Of a stretch of DNA of 52,691 nucleotides, positions 39,123 to 52,149 are shown in pieces. Every line of letters begins with the position of its first letter. Position 1 is the first letter of the stretch. A program made the translations under genes and the position numbers. Below the pieces are notes generated by a model. It was not told where the DNA came from. It searched no databases and saw only the letters and a program-made list of their open reading frames with translations. This stretch comes from Girardia tigrina (taxonomy: Eukaryota). The DNA lies in NCBI GenBank assembly GCA_001938485.1, contig MQRK01233167.1, positions 30,285 to 82,975 of the forward strand. The letters are read 5' to 3'.

Positions 39123-41089
39123 ACATAAATAATGGTGAACCAAATTCCTGAAATTTATACAAAAATTATGAAAATTTTATAATTGCAGTCGCTTGCAATT
39201 AAGAGTGATATTTCAGCTTTCGATAGCGAATTTTATATTGTAAATTCCAATCTCAAAAATAACAGCCAATTAAAACTTAGAAAATATCAAAAAACAAATT
39301 TTTAAAATAGCTCACAGCATTTAAGAGCTGTTTTTAATATGAAAAAATACACATACAATGCATGCATACACAGACCCAAATACAACTTATAGATACCTCA
39401 TACACACCAGATTTGCCAGTTTTTAAGAGTGAAGCCCGACTTTAAGAGTAACAAATTTAAATTTAAAAAAATGATGGCAATTTCCAATTTATCGCCTATT
39501 AGTAGTGCTGATCACATGAAAATAATGTATGTCATTGTTTTCTATGATTTTTATCAAATAATTATTGCATCATATCGGAAGACAGCCAAAAACGGAGCCA
39601 TACCGCATAAAAACTCAAAATTCGTAATTTATGTTTTCATTTTCAAATTTAAAGAATAAAAAATTGCAAAATAAGTAAAATGGATAAATGTGTCAGAGGA
39701 CTGTCTGACACTGGCAAGACAGCTCGTTATCTCCTAATCAGCGGCCAAGAATATCATATTGGTCGGAAAACATGGAGGACATGAAAAATCTATTATTACC
39801 GACGAAATCTGGAAGAATTATTCGAAATATTGAGGAAAACCGCATTCGGGAGAAATGAAACGATATATTGAAGAAAACAACAATATCATCATTCATTACT
39901 GACAAATTAGTAAACCGTTAGGATCAGACCAATGATCCGTCAATGAAAGAAATACAGATCGATATTCACGATTATTGATTGAAGAAACATTTAATCTCTT
40001 ATACTACACGTATTGTAAATAAATATTTAAGAAAAATTTTACTTTTTTGATTTATAAAATCAATTTATCACACTGATTCAGCTAAATCCAAATACGCCAT
40101 TTTTACTTAAATTCTCTTTAACCATTGTTAACCACGTGACACTGCATAATAATTTAAATTTAAAAAAAGCTAAAAATTATACATTGATTTTAAGTCTTTT
40201 TAATAATGTGTGAATACCACATGCTGTATTATTAATACCTTTTGATTAATTTGGTTGGTGCTTTTCATTGCCATCGTCCTGGTGTACGCGTTGTAGTTGT
40301 GTGTGTCGGGCGTATATTGTATATATTCGATTTTGTGATATACTACGAATCTTTATATATATTTGTGTATTTTTTGTGTACCTGGAAAATAATGAAATAG
40401 AAAGCTTTATATGGGCCAGCAAGAAATAAATGTTTTAAAAAATCTCTTCCTCGTCTAAACAGAGAATGTCTTTCTATAAATGAACTAATTATCAAGCATC
40501 TTGAAACAAAACTTCGTACATATACAAAAATATCAATTTTTTTAAAGTTAAGCAATATCAGAGAGAACGAGAGAAATGAGTATCAAACAAATAAAAAAAT
40601 TGATTATTTGTACAAGTTATTCGAAATTGAATGAAGATTATTCAAGATGCAATTAAACTAATGTTTATTAAATTTATTTTATTATGAACATTAAAATAAT
40701 TCTCATTTGAATTTTTATTACTATGACATTTAGAGTCATTAAAACTTAGAAGATCTTTCACTGTTTGACATCGTTCTAATTGGTTTTGTTATTTCTATTT
40801 TTAATCGTTTATTCGAACAATTTTTCTGAATCTTTTTAAAGTATTTAATTTCTAAAAATATTAATTAAAAATAATAATTTAAACCATTTTTTAATAAAAG
40901 CCTAAAATAATAAAAATATTATAAAATTAATAAAAATGAATTTAATTTAAACGTTAGTAAGTTTTTATATATATAATTAAATGCTTTTTTCTTAAAAAAT
41001 ATTAAACTTAATTTTAATTGTTAATTAATTATAAAAATATAAACTTATAAAATTATTTTGATTATTTTCGAATATTCAATCACTTTAAA

Positions 41090-41195
41090 TTAAAAAAAAT
41101 AACAATTTCCATCTGGGTGGGAGAATCACCATTCTAAGTTCAACATACATCATCAATACACTCCCACATTCAAAAACTTTAAAATATTCCTCACA
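41090..41195 (-). repeat. Solo-LTR family A end
   Basis: CCATCTGGGTGGGAGA core and terminal AATATTCCTCACA; other end not located. Confidence 0.65.
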
Positions 41196-43397
41196 TATTT
41201 ATTAATAATTTAATTATAAAAATTCAAAAGAAATCAATAATCACTTAGTGATTATTGAGTCCGTGATTGCGTTTGTTATGTCTTGATAATTTTTACATTT
41301 GAATACGAATATCTTGAATATAACATTGTTCTCATTATTTATTTTGTTTGTTAGTAATATTAATACAAAGTAAGTTTTCTTACATTTCTTACAATATACA
41401 AATTAAAAAATTTCGATAAAGTTCCCTGAAAATAATTTTGACTAAAATAAAGGCCTGAAAGGTTATGAAAATATTAGTTTACGTAAGGCTGTGATAAATA
41501 GTATCCATGTATACTTTTTTTCTGGAGAATTATGTCGAAATAAGTATCATTATTATCTATATGAGGAGTTCGTTATTTTTCCTTTTGCTGATCGAAATTT
41601 AAATAAGTTTAAAACTTAAAGTATGATTTTAAAAAATAAATTTCAAAAAGTAATGGTAGTTTGTAATAATTAAAAAATATTAAACGCTATTTTTCAAAAT
41701 TTATTGTAATTAGTTTCAGCGTATTCCTTAATTACATCCTTTACCTTATATACACATCATTAAACAATTTTTCTGTTTTTTCATTAGTTGAATCTTCTTC
41801 TAAAGCCTTTTTATAAGTAGAGCTTGTATATATACTGAGTGGACATGCTCGAGCTTCGCACCGGGTTTTGATATTTTGAAGAGTTACATCTTTTATCATT
41901 ACATTTTCTTTAGTAATCTAAATAAAATTTTTCCTCATGAAATACAAAGGGTTAATTAGGGTGTAAATAAAAACAAGTAATTCTTCTGAAACTTCAAAAT
42001 TTGGGAAATCGAAAAAGATTTGTGATAAGATTGAGAGATTTGTTGTTGATTCAAATGATGATAGTTGTAATTTGTATGATTCGCCATTTCCGACTAATGC
42101 CAACAAATATGACGGTATATTCTATGCACATTTAAGTGATAAGTGCTTATGCTCTGTCGAGTTTAGGTAATTTTAAATAATTTAAGGTTTAAATAAGTTA
42201 CAAATAAAACAAAATACAACATTTTATTTCGGTAACATTGCTGTTTAATACTTATGAGGAGGTAATTAATTTTTGGTTAGCTGATCAAAATTTAAATAGT
42301 TTTAAAAAGGATTATTTTGAATTAAAATCAAATTGAAAATTTGAAAAGTTAATTGAGTATTGTAGATATGAATTAAAAAACATTCTTTTTTAAAATTTTT
42401 TATTAATGTTTGTTATAATGTATTATCTAATTTTAAATTAATTTAATGATATGATTAAAAAAATCTAATATTTAAAAAATAAAAAATTGAATATTAAATA
42501 TAACGTATTTTCAAAATTTCTAAAATGATAACATATTAAAAATGGTTTAAAAAACAACGCAAAATTAAAAAAAACAGTATATAAGATTTTAGTTGGCAAA
42601 CAAAATTTTAAAAACAGTATGAAACGATTAAAGTAAAAAAATATTTAAACATTAAATATTTTTTTCGAAAAATTTAAAAAAGTTGAATGTTGTTTTTCAT
42701 TTGATTAAAATTATTTAAAAATAGAGATCAGCGGATTAATTATTAATTAAGAAAATAGTTGGAAAATTTGTTTGAAAGTTGTTTTATAATAAAGATATAA
42801 TTTGAGTAAAATGAATTATGATATTGACTTTACAAATACTTATTTAAATGTTGTTAATAAACAGATCACCATTTTTTTAACTGTTGTACGCTACATAAAT
42901 TCAAGGACAAATAAATTTGGAAGGCGGTATTAGTTCAGTGTTAGACTAAATCTCAAGTAACCAGCCACCTCTTTCATTAGAAATTTTTATTTATTCCTTT
43001 CTATTTATAAAAATGGTAGCGATTTACTTCATTCTTCATGACTCCACTGTACATTTTCTAAGTAATCTTATGTGAATCTCCAATTTTAAGATGATCGACT
43101 TGCGGCTTTAACAAAACTTTATTATATTAACACAATGACGAGCTTATTAGGAACGTTAAATTCAACGGGGTGGATGGGCAGGCCTGAGTAGAGTCCTAAT
43201 GCTATAACTTTAATAGCAAACTTCTCTTGAACAGCAGTAATGGGACCACAAATATATATCACAAGAGAAATAAATTACCTTTGATCTACTATTTCAGAAA
43301 TAAATTCGAAACTTTTGAATGTTATGCTATAATATTACAATTTATCAATTTATTTGTTTTTATCATTAAAAATTATTTCAAAGATAATCGTTTACAG

Positions 43398-43952
43398 ACA
43401 AAACGGAAAAGACTGTCGAAAAAGATTCAAAGAATGGAAAAGAGCTCTAAGCGAGAATTGGTCAAAATGACAATTCTTAAGATTAAGTATAAATATAAAA
43501 TGATAAAAGTGATCCAAGAAAGGAACTATTTGAAGAATCTGAATAAAAAGTTAAGGCGAGCAACTGTTCCAATTGAAAAAATGCGATTGGTGCAGATGGA
43601 AGCGTGTCTGTTAAAGATGGAAATCAACCAGCTTAGGATGATAATGACAGATGATCAGAGCGAAATGGAACAGCATGAAAAAGAACGCATGGCTCTATTC
43701 GCGGAGTTAAAGACTCTCGAGGAGGACTTGCTCACCATCAGACTCACGAGACTCGAAGAGCGGAGAGAGCGGAATGAAATTAAAGACGCGTCGACTCAAT
43801 GTTTTTTTGCCGATTTTGGTTTGGTTGATGAGTTTTTGGAAAGCGATTTTGATAGTTCCGGAAGCGATTATACTGATAGCGATGAAGACACATTTGAGGT
43901 CGACTTTGAGAGTTTTAAAATCCAAATTGATAAGTACGAAAAGGATCGGTGA
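43398..43952 (+). CDS. Hypothetical coiled-coil protein with acidic tail (last exon, or ATG at 43434)
   Basis: Uninterrupted frame, GC-richer than the flanks, heptad-like E/K/L/M content, D/E/S-rich tail. TTTACAG acceptor at 43397; in-frame ATG at 43434. Confidence 0.55.
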   Translation, partial: TKRKRLSKKIQRMEKSSKRELVKMTILKIKYKYKMIKVIQERNYLKNLNKKLRRATVPIEKMRLVQMEACLLKMEINQLRMIMTDDQSEMEQHEKERMALFAELKTLEEDLLTIRLTRLEERRERNEIKDASTQCFFADFGLVDEFLESDFDSSGSDYTDSDEDTFEVDFESFKIQIDKYEKDR

Positions 43953-44639
43953 TGGGAATACGAGACTCGTTGTGGTATTATTTATATAAGCAACTTGCGA
44001 AAATTGAGCATTTCTTTCGTTCTCATAAAAATTTTACTGATACAAACTCTGTATGATCGATTACTTTTTTAATGTTTTTTTTGTATTTTTAATATAATTA
44101 TAAACAAAAGATTATTGTTTTCATTATCGTTTTTCAAATGCTTTTTTCGTTGTTGAATTTTTGAAAAATATTTTATTTTATTCAAACATTTATTTTGAAA
44201 TAACTAATTCGCTATTTGTATGTCGAGAATTAGAATTATTAATGACTGCGTCACAAATATGCATCACTTTGCACTTCGATATTGAGTTTTCGATGACTAA
44301 TGAGACTCTTTCGGAAGTGTCTCAATGGCACTTGAAGTGTCAGTATTTACATTAAGTATTTACAGGACGTTCATAATCTATTTCAAGTTATTTTCATTTT
44401 TGTAACTTTCTTGTTTTCCATGTAGATTGAAGACTAAGATATTCCTATTCGACGATAAAAATATACATAAAGTGATACATGTTTTGTCAAATTTGCAACA
44501 TCGTCCTTAAAGGATTCAAAGCTTTAACTATAGGGTGCTTTTTGTGGTACGCGATGTTTTTTGACAAAAGTGAAAAAATGAAATAATTTCATGTTTATTG
44601 ATAAAATGAAGTTCGGATGATTTTTTTATTGAAAACAAA

Positions 44640-45434
44640 ACTCATCCATTAAAAAATATATTTATAGACAATATATTTCGACGGATCAATCGTCATCTTC
44701 AGGTCACTGATTAATAATTAATTCACCTGTATATAAATACAAAAATGGTGATTGTGTAATCGATTACGTGAAATCATGCTAATCAAAAATTCTCAATAAG
44801 CTAGTTGAGACTGCCTATTGAACATTGATTTTAGGACAAGTGACCTAATTAACAATGCTTCACACGACACTCTCCCAATAACTGTCAAACTGCTCACACA
44901 GAATTTTGAAATTATCAATATTAACATCATATTTACATTTTTTCCTATGTTTTGCAATATTATTCTCACTCTCTTTTCGATCATGTTCTTGAATTTTTTT
45001 ACAGAGATGACGGGCAGTCTCTCCAATGTATGTGGCATCGCACCAATTACATATCCATAAACAATATCAGAACACAGTGTTAGAGGTGTAATATATTTAC
45101 TGAAAATATTTTGAGATCGTAATATAATTTTTAAATTTAACTCATTGTTAGTTGCTTTTAACAATGTATTTTTAAAGTTTTTAAATCCTTCAGAATAAGG
45201 TACAATTAAACAATATTTAGGCATGTTATTAATATCTAAAGATCCTTCGATTTCTTTCTTAGATCCATCAGGAGAAGCTTTCGAAATATCTTTTAAAAGT
45301 ATTTCAATCGACAGTCTCAACCAGCTTATTGAGAATTTTTGATTAGCATGATTTCATGCAATCGATTACATAATCATCATTTTTGTACTTATATACAGGT
45401 GAATTGATTATTAATCAGTGACCTGAAGATGATG
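44640..45434 (-). mobile_element. Penelope-like element 3' fragment with inverted terminal repeat
   Basis: Frameshifted GIY-YIG (CNWCDATYIGETARHLCKKIQEH). Arms 44691-44823 and 45302-45434 are inverted repeats. Confidence 0.85.
44667..44705 (-). ncRNA. Minimal type I hammerhead ribozyme
   Basis: Minus strand: GAC CUGAAGA U GACG-AUUGAUC-CGUC GAAA UAUA UU^GUC. Palindromic stem III AUAUAU; short 3-bp stem I. Confidence 0.7.
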
Positions 45435-45439
45435 TTTGT

Positions 45440-46055
45440 TTGTTCATTTGATCAAATTTTTGACTTATGCAATTTGTTTGGTCACTTTGAAAACAATATC
45501 TGGCAAATGGTCACCGCCGGCCGTTATGCACAAATCAGCCTATTTTTCGGTGTTTTCCATCACTTTTTGGAGTTTTTTCTGGCCCAATTCTAGCGATTGC
45601 ATTGCAAATGTTGGTCTCAAGTTGTTGGAGGGATTGCGATTGATTGACATAAACCTTTCGTTTCAAGTAGCCCCACAAAAAAGTCAGGAGCCGTTAAATC
45701 TAGAGAGCGCGGTGACCAGTCAAAATCGTCCTTATTCAACATCAATCTTTGAGGAAATATTTTCTTCAACAAATTAATTGTTTCACCTGATGTATGGTAC
45801 GTCGCATCATCCTGCTAGTACCAATAGTCCTCCAGCTTAGGAGTCGAAAATTCGTGGAGCGTAGCCTGTTGTCGTCTTCGAAGAAGTACGGTCCAATGAT
45901 ACTGTTGCAGCAAACACCGCACCAGACTGTAACTTTTGGTGAATGTAATGGTACTTGAAATATTAATTGTGGATTTTCAGTGGCCCAGTAACGGACATTA
46001 TGCGAATCCACGCTTCAACAAAGCGTGAAACGTACTTCATTCGACATGATTAAAC
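45440..46055 (-). pseudogene. Mariner-like transposase relic
   Basis: NVRYWATENP...PLHSPKVTVWCG...IIGPYFFED and WSPRSLDLTAPDFF (WPPRSPDL-type motif). Confidence 0.85.
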
Positions 46056-47607
46056 ATATTTTTAAAAATTGAATTTATATTTCAAATTCAGTTTAAAACA
46101 AACAAATGAAAAAAATTATATTCGTTTTTAAATATTTAAAAACCTATGATATTTATTTGGAAGACTATACTAATGACTTGGAAATGGTATATTACGATTA
46201 ATTTAAGTGGCGAAAAATGTCTTCATACCCAGTTAACCGGTTAAATAATTATGTAAAACTACTTTTACTAAAGATTATCGTCATCCCAAGACATGTTTCA
46301 ACTCCCGTCTCAGTCGTTACGTAGCTTATAAAATGCCTCCAATAATTTCTTCGAAATATTTCTTCTGATATATACTAAAAAAATATTTATATTTGGAGAG
46401 GTATTGGGCTGGCATAAAAAAATCTATTTAGACATTGAATTTTGTTAAGGTATACGTAGTTTACGAAGAATTACCAAATCGCTGAAATAATTTCTTTTAA
46501 ATAAGTATTCATTTGCTGTTTGTAAATGATATGCAAATTTTCTGTCAAATGGACCTTGTCCTGAAATAGACATTGATCTTTACAAGTAAACGAAATAATA
46601 ATGACCTTCACTAAGTCATTTACGCAACATCAACTGCTTCGCTATCTCCTATACTTTGGAAGAAAAAAATACTTTCTTTTTTTTATGCAAAATAACTTCA
46701 AAATGTTAAATGATATTTTTATATAGGAATTTGTAATTGTTTATATTAGTGATTTTTAAAATTGTGGTGAGGCGTATATCCTTGCCAATGTGGACCCGTC
46801 ACTTATATCGGATCACCGCACATGTGTGAGATGTCCACTGAAGTCGCTAAAATAGTGAAATTATTCGACCAAGAATATGGAGGTAAATTAATGTCTCTAT
46901 GAAATTATCATCCAGTTGATGAAGAAACTTTATGAAATTATAATATTGTTGTGAAATATCAAGAACTTATTTCTTCATCGAACGGTGGGCTGGTTGATAC
47001 AAAGTCGAATCTTGACCGGTTTTTTCTTTCTTTTACGTTATCTAATAATCTTCTTTGTAAGATTAGGCTTGCAAGTTATAGCGTCAATATTTCACATTGT
47101 GGCAAACTCAGTTGATTGTCGAATGAACACTCATCGATAAAATAACACTTTGTCATCAGCAGGCGAATTCCTTGTAAATCCAAAACCTTTAAGTAAAAAA
47201 GTAAATATGAAATTTTATGAAAACTTAAAAATTTAATGAAAATAAATAAATATTTTTAAAAATTGAATTTATATTCATTTCAAATTAAAAAAAATTATAT
47301 TTTTGAAAATCAATTGAAAACTAAAAAAATCAGTTCAAAGTTAAAATGAAAAAAAATATTATTGTTTAAATATTTTAAAAATTATGTTAATGATTTAGAA
47401 AATTATACTAATGGTTTGGAAATGGTAAATGCTGCCTGATCTCTTTTTTTCGATGCATTAATGTCAATCAGAGACGTCTCTTCCATATTTCATGACATGG
47501 ATTTTAAGTGATCAATTTATTAATTTTGATAAATTGATAAACACATTACAGAAATTGAAAAAAAATGGGCAGATTATTAAAATCAAAATTCGAAAGCCAA
47601 TTGAAAA

Positions 47608-47648
47608 TATTTATTAATTTCGACGGTTTAACCGTCATCGTCAGAACA
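47608..47648 (-). ncRNA. Minimal type I hammerhead ribozyme
   Basis: Minus strand: UGUU CUGACGA U GACGGU-UAA-ACCGUC GAAA UUAA UA^AAUA. Stem III palindrome AUUAAU. Confidence 0.8.
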
Positions 47649-48193
47649 AATGATTTTTCAAACGAATTATAGTGCAGTTAATGATTATGCAATCAATACG
47701 TAATCAGTACATCATTTAAAAACTCTCAACAAAGTTGTAGAGAATGCAGTTTGAACGTTAATTTTAGGATCCAAAGATCTTATATATAACGCTTCACATG
47801 TCACTCTCTCCCAATAATTTTTAAATTCAGTGCACAGAATTTTAAAGTGTTGTGAAGTTATATCTCCTTTACAATGTCTTCTATGTCCTGCAATGTTACT
47901 TCCACCTTCATTGCGACTGTGTTCCTGGATTCTCTTACAGAGATGACGTGAAGTCTCCAATGTATGTGGCGTTACACCCATTACATGTATATTGGTAATT
48001 GAGATCCGAACACAATGCCAATGGCGTTGGAGATTTATTGCCAAACATGCTTTCAATTTTCTGTGTCCGGGATATTACTTTTAAACTTATTGCATTATCT
48101 AACGCTTTCAAAATATAATTTTTTAAATGATGTACTGATTATATAATGATTACATAATCATTAGCTGCACTATATTTCGTTTGAAAAATCATT

Positions 48194-48234
48194 TGTTTTG
48201 ACGATGACGGTTAAATCGTCGAAATTAATAAATA
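48194..48234 (+). ncRNA. Minimal hammerhead ribozyme, C3U variant
   Basis: UGUU UUGACGA U GACGGU-UAA-AUCGUC GAAA UUAA UA^AAUA; inverted copy of 47608-47648. Confidence 0.65.
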
Positions 48235-50017
48235 TTTTCAATTGGCTTTCCAATTTTGACATCACAGAAAATTGAATTTATTACAAAAAGAGTTTTATTT
48301 CTTAATTTTATGTTATTCATTATAATTTATGTATTGTAAAATCAAGTGATATATTCAATATACCATACTTACAATTTACTTACAACTTACTTTGTAAATA
48401 TTTTTATTTTACATTTTATCATAAATTGTCGCTTTAAACTTATTAAAGATAAAGAAGACTGAAATAATAGTCACTTGTGACATTTAAGTTAAGGTATGAA
48501 CTATAAGGATTAAGACAAAGGTTCATTATAATAGTTACCCTTACCACTGAAAGTAGCTAGAGATTTTTAAATGATGACATTCTTAACCAGTCTTTATAGT
48601 TGTTGGGCTTAACCAAACACAAAAATATTGAGAATCGCAATTATAATTATTGAGATTAAAAGTTAGTGTTTTATAATTATTTATTAAATAAAGCGTTCAA
48701 TTTGAGTTGTAATAAATTGAAATTATTAATTTTATAAAATAAAAAGTCCATTTAGTCATGAATATTACCACAAGTTTCTAATCTTGATAAAAAAATATTT
48801 ATTTAAAATGAAATAATATATTAAGTAATAGTCTAAAGTTTAGACACATAACAATTAGTTAAACATAATTTTCAGAACATGGAATTTTTTTTAAATATAA
48901 CTACATTAATATGAAAAACATTCGTTAATATCACTGTTTATAGTTCCAGATAAAAGTTGTGGTGCAACCTCTATAAAATTCACCAATAAGTTCGGTATTA
49001 TCTAGATAAGACCACTTTAAAAATAATAAAACGGGAATGTGGTTAACCATAATTGTATAAAATGTAGAAGTTATGGAATGTTCCTGTTGGTGGGGAGCTT
49101 TTTTTAACTGTTCTTGTGCAGATAATTCGCCTGCTCGACCAGTGTCCTCGTCTTCGTCTTTCGATCGATTTGAGTCTGTCTTGAGCCAGTGCGATTTCCG
49201 TCCGCCTTTTTGATCAAAGACAGGTTGCTTTCCGCTGGTTGCTTTTTTGATCAGCATGAAAATTTCGCTGTATGTCGAGATTTTCTGGGATTCCTCCGGC
49301 AAGATTTAAGAGAGATTGACTTCCTACCATTTTGACGGATTGCATGGGGCACCGATTGTGATGTGGAGATAGTCTTTTTGTTGGGCCAACATACGCTTGG
49401 GTGCATTATAATTTTTATTTCTCACAACAATTCATTCTTTTGCAAAAATTGCTCAATCATTTCCTTTTCCTTGTCGCAAACTCAAGTCAGAAAATTTTTT
49501 TTATTTCAAATTTTTGTTACTGTAGTGTCCTGTATTTTTTTATTAAAATTTTATTCAAACTTCATTTAAGAAGTTTCAAAATCGAAATTAATTTCTTATT
49601 AAAATTTTTTTTCTATTTTTTATTCAATTTAAGAAGCTTTAATCGAAGTCAATTTCATTGCCCAAATCACTTAATCATTTTTGTTCTTGTTCCTGATCGT
49701 ATTGCTTTCGCATTTTTTGGTATGCAACAAATCGGATTTATAATTACAAAAAAATTAATTGATTAAAATAGAAAAGAAAACAAGAGACTTTGTTTTAATA
49801 TTCAAACATTAGATAATTTGTTTGTGTGTGTTTTGTAAGAATAAAATTATTTTATCAACAATGACCTTAATTTTTTATCTATATTTAATATTTCTTCCCG
49901 ACGTCGCTCCAAGCCAAGCGACACCTGGGTGAGCTCTCAAGTCATCATTCGGTCGATTTGACGGTTCAACCGTTTTGCATTTTTTGGATCTTGGGGCGAT
50001 ATCTGAGTCCAATAAAA

Positions 50018-50032
50018 TGGTGTCAGAAGTGG
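50018..50032 (+). other. LTR-retrotransposon primer binding site, tRNA-Leu type
   Basis: TGGTGTCAGAAGTGG is complementary to the 3' end of eukaryotic tRNA-Leu(CAA). It lies in a GC-rich relic (49895-50420). Confidence 0.6.
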
Positions 50033-50889
50033 TCCCCATTGCTATTCTGAATTCACCTTCGGCAATGGGCGGTCCGCAACGAACTATCCGATGGCTCACT
50101 CAACAGATGCATCACGTTGCAGCCGCAATGTCCAACCGCATATATCGATCAACCTCCGATAAGAATCTCTTAACAGTGCAACACCCGATCGACCACTTAC
50201 AGAACGAGTCACCCATAGCGACAACAATGCCGATTTCGACAATAAACTCCGGTTGCCACACCAATTCCGTCGAAGTTCTCTCCGATACAGAAACGATCGG
50301 CTCAGATCAGCGATATCAACAGAACTCAGATACTGCGGAATTCTTCATGGGGCACCGACCGTCATCTGCCCTATCGGTCGTCCAGGTGTGTCCATTTGAT
50401 TATTATCCACTTTGTGCAGAAGGCAATATTTTTATGGAACAGAGACATAAATGTTAATTTTTAATTAATTTAAATAATGGATTATTGTTAGATTTTTTTA
50501 CGAGTACATATTTTTGGACTGAAATAAGGAGTGGATGTTTTAATCCTGGGGGTGTACTAAAAAAATAAATCACATGGTATTAATACTTATCGACCTAAAT
50601 ACTCCACCACCATCACCACATCATTCCCCAAATGCAACTACATCTCTATAGTACTCCAGGTTAATCTCAGTATCTCTAAACCAGTCGTCGATGTTGACGC
50701 GCGTATCAGTGACACAATTTTGTCAACATCAGAGGAATACGACTTTCGTATCTGGTTCGTGTGGGGCGCCAAGCCACTCCGCTCACATCTTTCCTCTGCA
50801 GCACATGGCGTGCCTGATCGAGCACGCATCACGGTACACTGCGTCTTGCCGGGCGGTGTCAGTAATGATCCGGATGAACAAGATAGCGA

Positions 50890-51850
50890 CGCGATATTAC
50901 TTTCCACGGCGCCACCTCCGTATTTTCTGGACACAAACAGATCCCCTCAGAGCTGGTTGGATATACTGGAAATGCGGTTTAAAATCCAAAGGATTACAAA
51001 TCAGACCCATGCACTGTGTCTTCTACCACCCGAGTTAATGCAGTCTATTTCGACTCACGCGACAACAATTGGATCAACGGCTAAACCATTTGAAGAGTTG
51101 AAACGCCATATCATCAAATCCTTTCAGACATCACTCGACGAAATTTTCCAACATATTTTCAGTCACAGACTCTTGGCAATCAGAAACCCTCAAGTTTCCT
51201 CACGAAAGTAATCATGGATCTAGAATCGATTCAACCGAACATCACGATAGGTGCAGATAAGGAAGTGCTCAACCGTTTCTTCCTAAGATCCCTTCCACCA
51301 CTAGTACAAGCTGTACTAGCTGACACTTACATCTCCGACCTCAATCAACTGGCAATGATCGCGGATAAAATTATGGCAACGCAAGTTACTCAACCATCCA
51401 CATGTTTTGCAGTCAATACACCAGCAACCCAGTAAACTGTCACCACAACCGATGTAACCAACCAAATCGCAATACTTACATCGCAGATTCAAGCGATAAC
51501 AGCCAATTATTAGCTCTTACTACCGGTAACCGCAGGGAGCACTGTCAACGATAATCACCGACAAACCTCTGCTGGTATCACTCGAAGTTTGGGATCCGAG
51601 CACGAAAATGACAATCCGGATGCACATGGAAAGGTGACTCGTTCGAGTGCGATTTGGATAATATATGCATCTATCACTCTCGTTATGGTGACCAGGCCAA
51701 GCGCTGTGCGCCTGGTTGTTCTTTTCAGTCACTAAAAAACTGAGATCCTCTTCGGTCTACGCAGCCGACATAGAAGACGACAACTATTGCTGCAGTATTT
51801 TTTTGTGTAACTCCACTATCAGCGGTCAAGCTACCTCGTCCACATTTTCG
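50890..51850 (+). pseudogene. Gypsy (CsRn1-like) gag relic with two CHCC fingers and a slippery site
   Basis: PQSWLDILEMRFKIQRIT...PFEELKRHII...FLRSLPPLVQAVL..LAMIADKIM; CWYHSKFGIRARK*QSGC and CIYHSRYGDQAKRCAPGC; A AAA AAC TGA at 51734-51743. Confidence 0.8.
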
Positions 51851-52149
51851 AATTCATAGGTCATCATTTCGTATTCCAGCTCAATAAACATTATTATATG
51901 TATTTATGGCCCCCTAAAATAACGATAAAATTTTTCTTATGATTTAATACTTAAGGTCTATAAATTTCTCAAGGAACAATTAAAAATATCACACAGTATG
52001 CTTCTAAAAATTACAAAATTAAACTTTTTTATTTGAAATTGTAAAAATAAAAAAAATAAAATAGAACGCTTAAATATAACTTGTTAAGTTTAAAAAAATA
52101 TTGGTTGAGTTATGGATAACCTGGATTATTTAGGAGATTAACTTGTTTT

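Larger units (their letters stand above)
47543..48276 (-). mobile_element. Penelope-like element 3' fragment with inverted terminal repeats and putative TSD
   Basis: GIY-YIG (YTCNGCNATYIG / ETSRHLCKRIQEH...LYIRSLDPKIN). Inverted arms 47583-47722 and 48120-48259. Flanking ACATTACAGAAATTGAA / ACATCACAGAAAATTGAA. Confidence 0.88.

Noticed and set aside
39690-39900. Possible integrase zinc-finger remnant (HTG...YWSENMEDMKN)
   Set aside because: Too degenerate to call without an alignment.
42923-42975. tRNA-like start GGCGGTATTAGTTCAGTGTTAGA
   Set aside because: No T-arm (GTTCRA) or acceptor stem; at most a SINE-head remnant.
48931-49302. 123-aa minus-strand ORF
   Set aside because: Non-ATG start, upstream stops and no recognisable motif; likely a relic.
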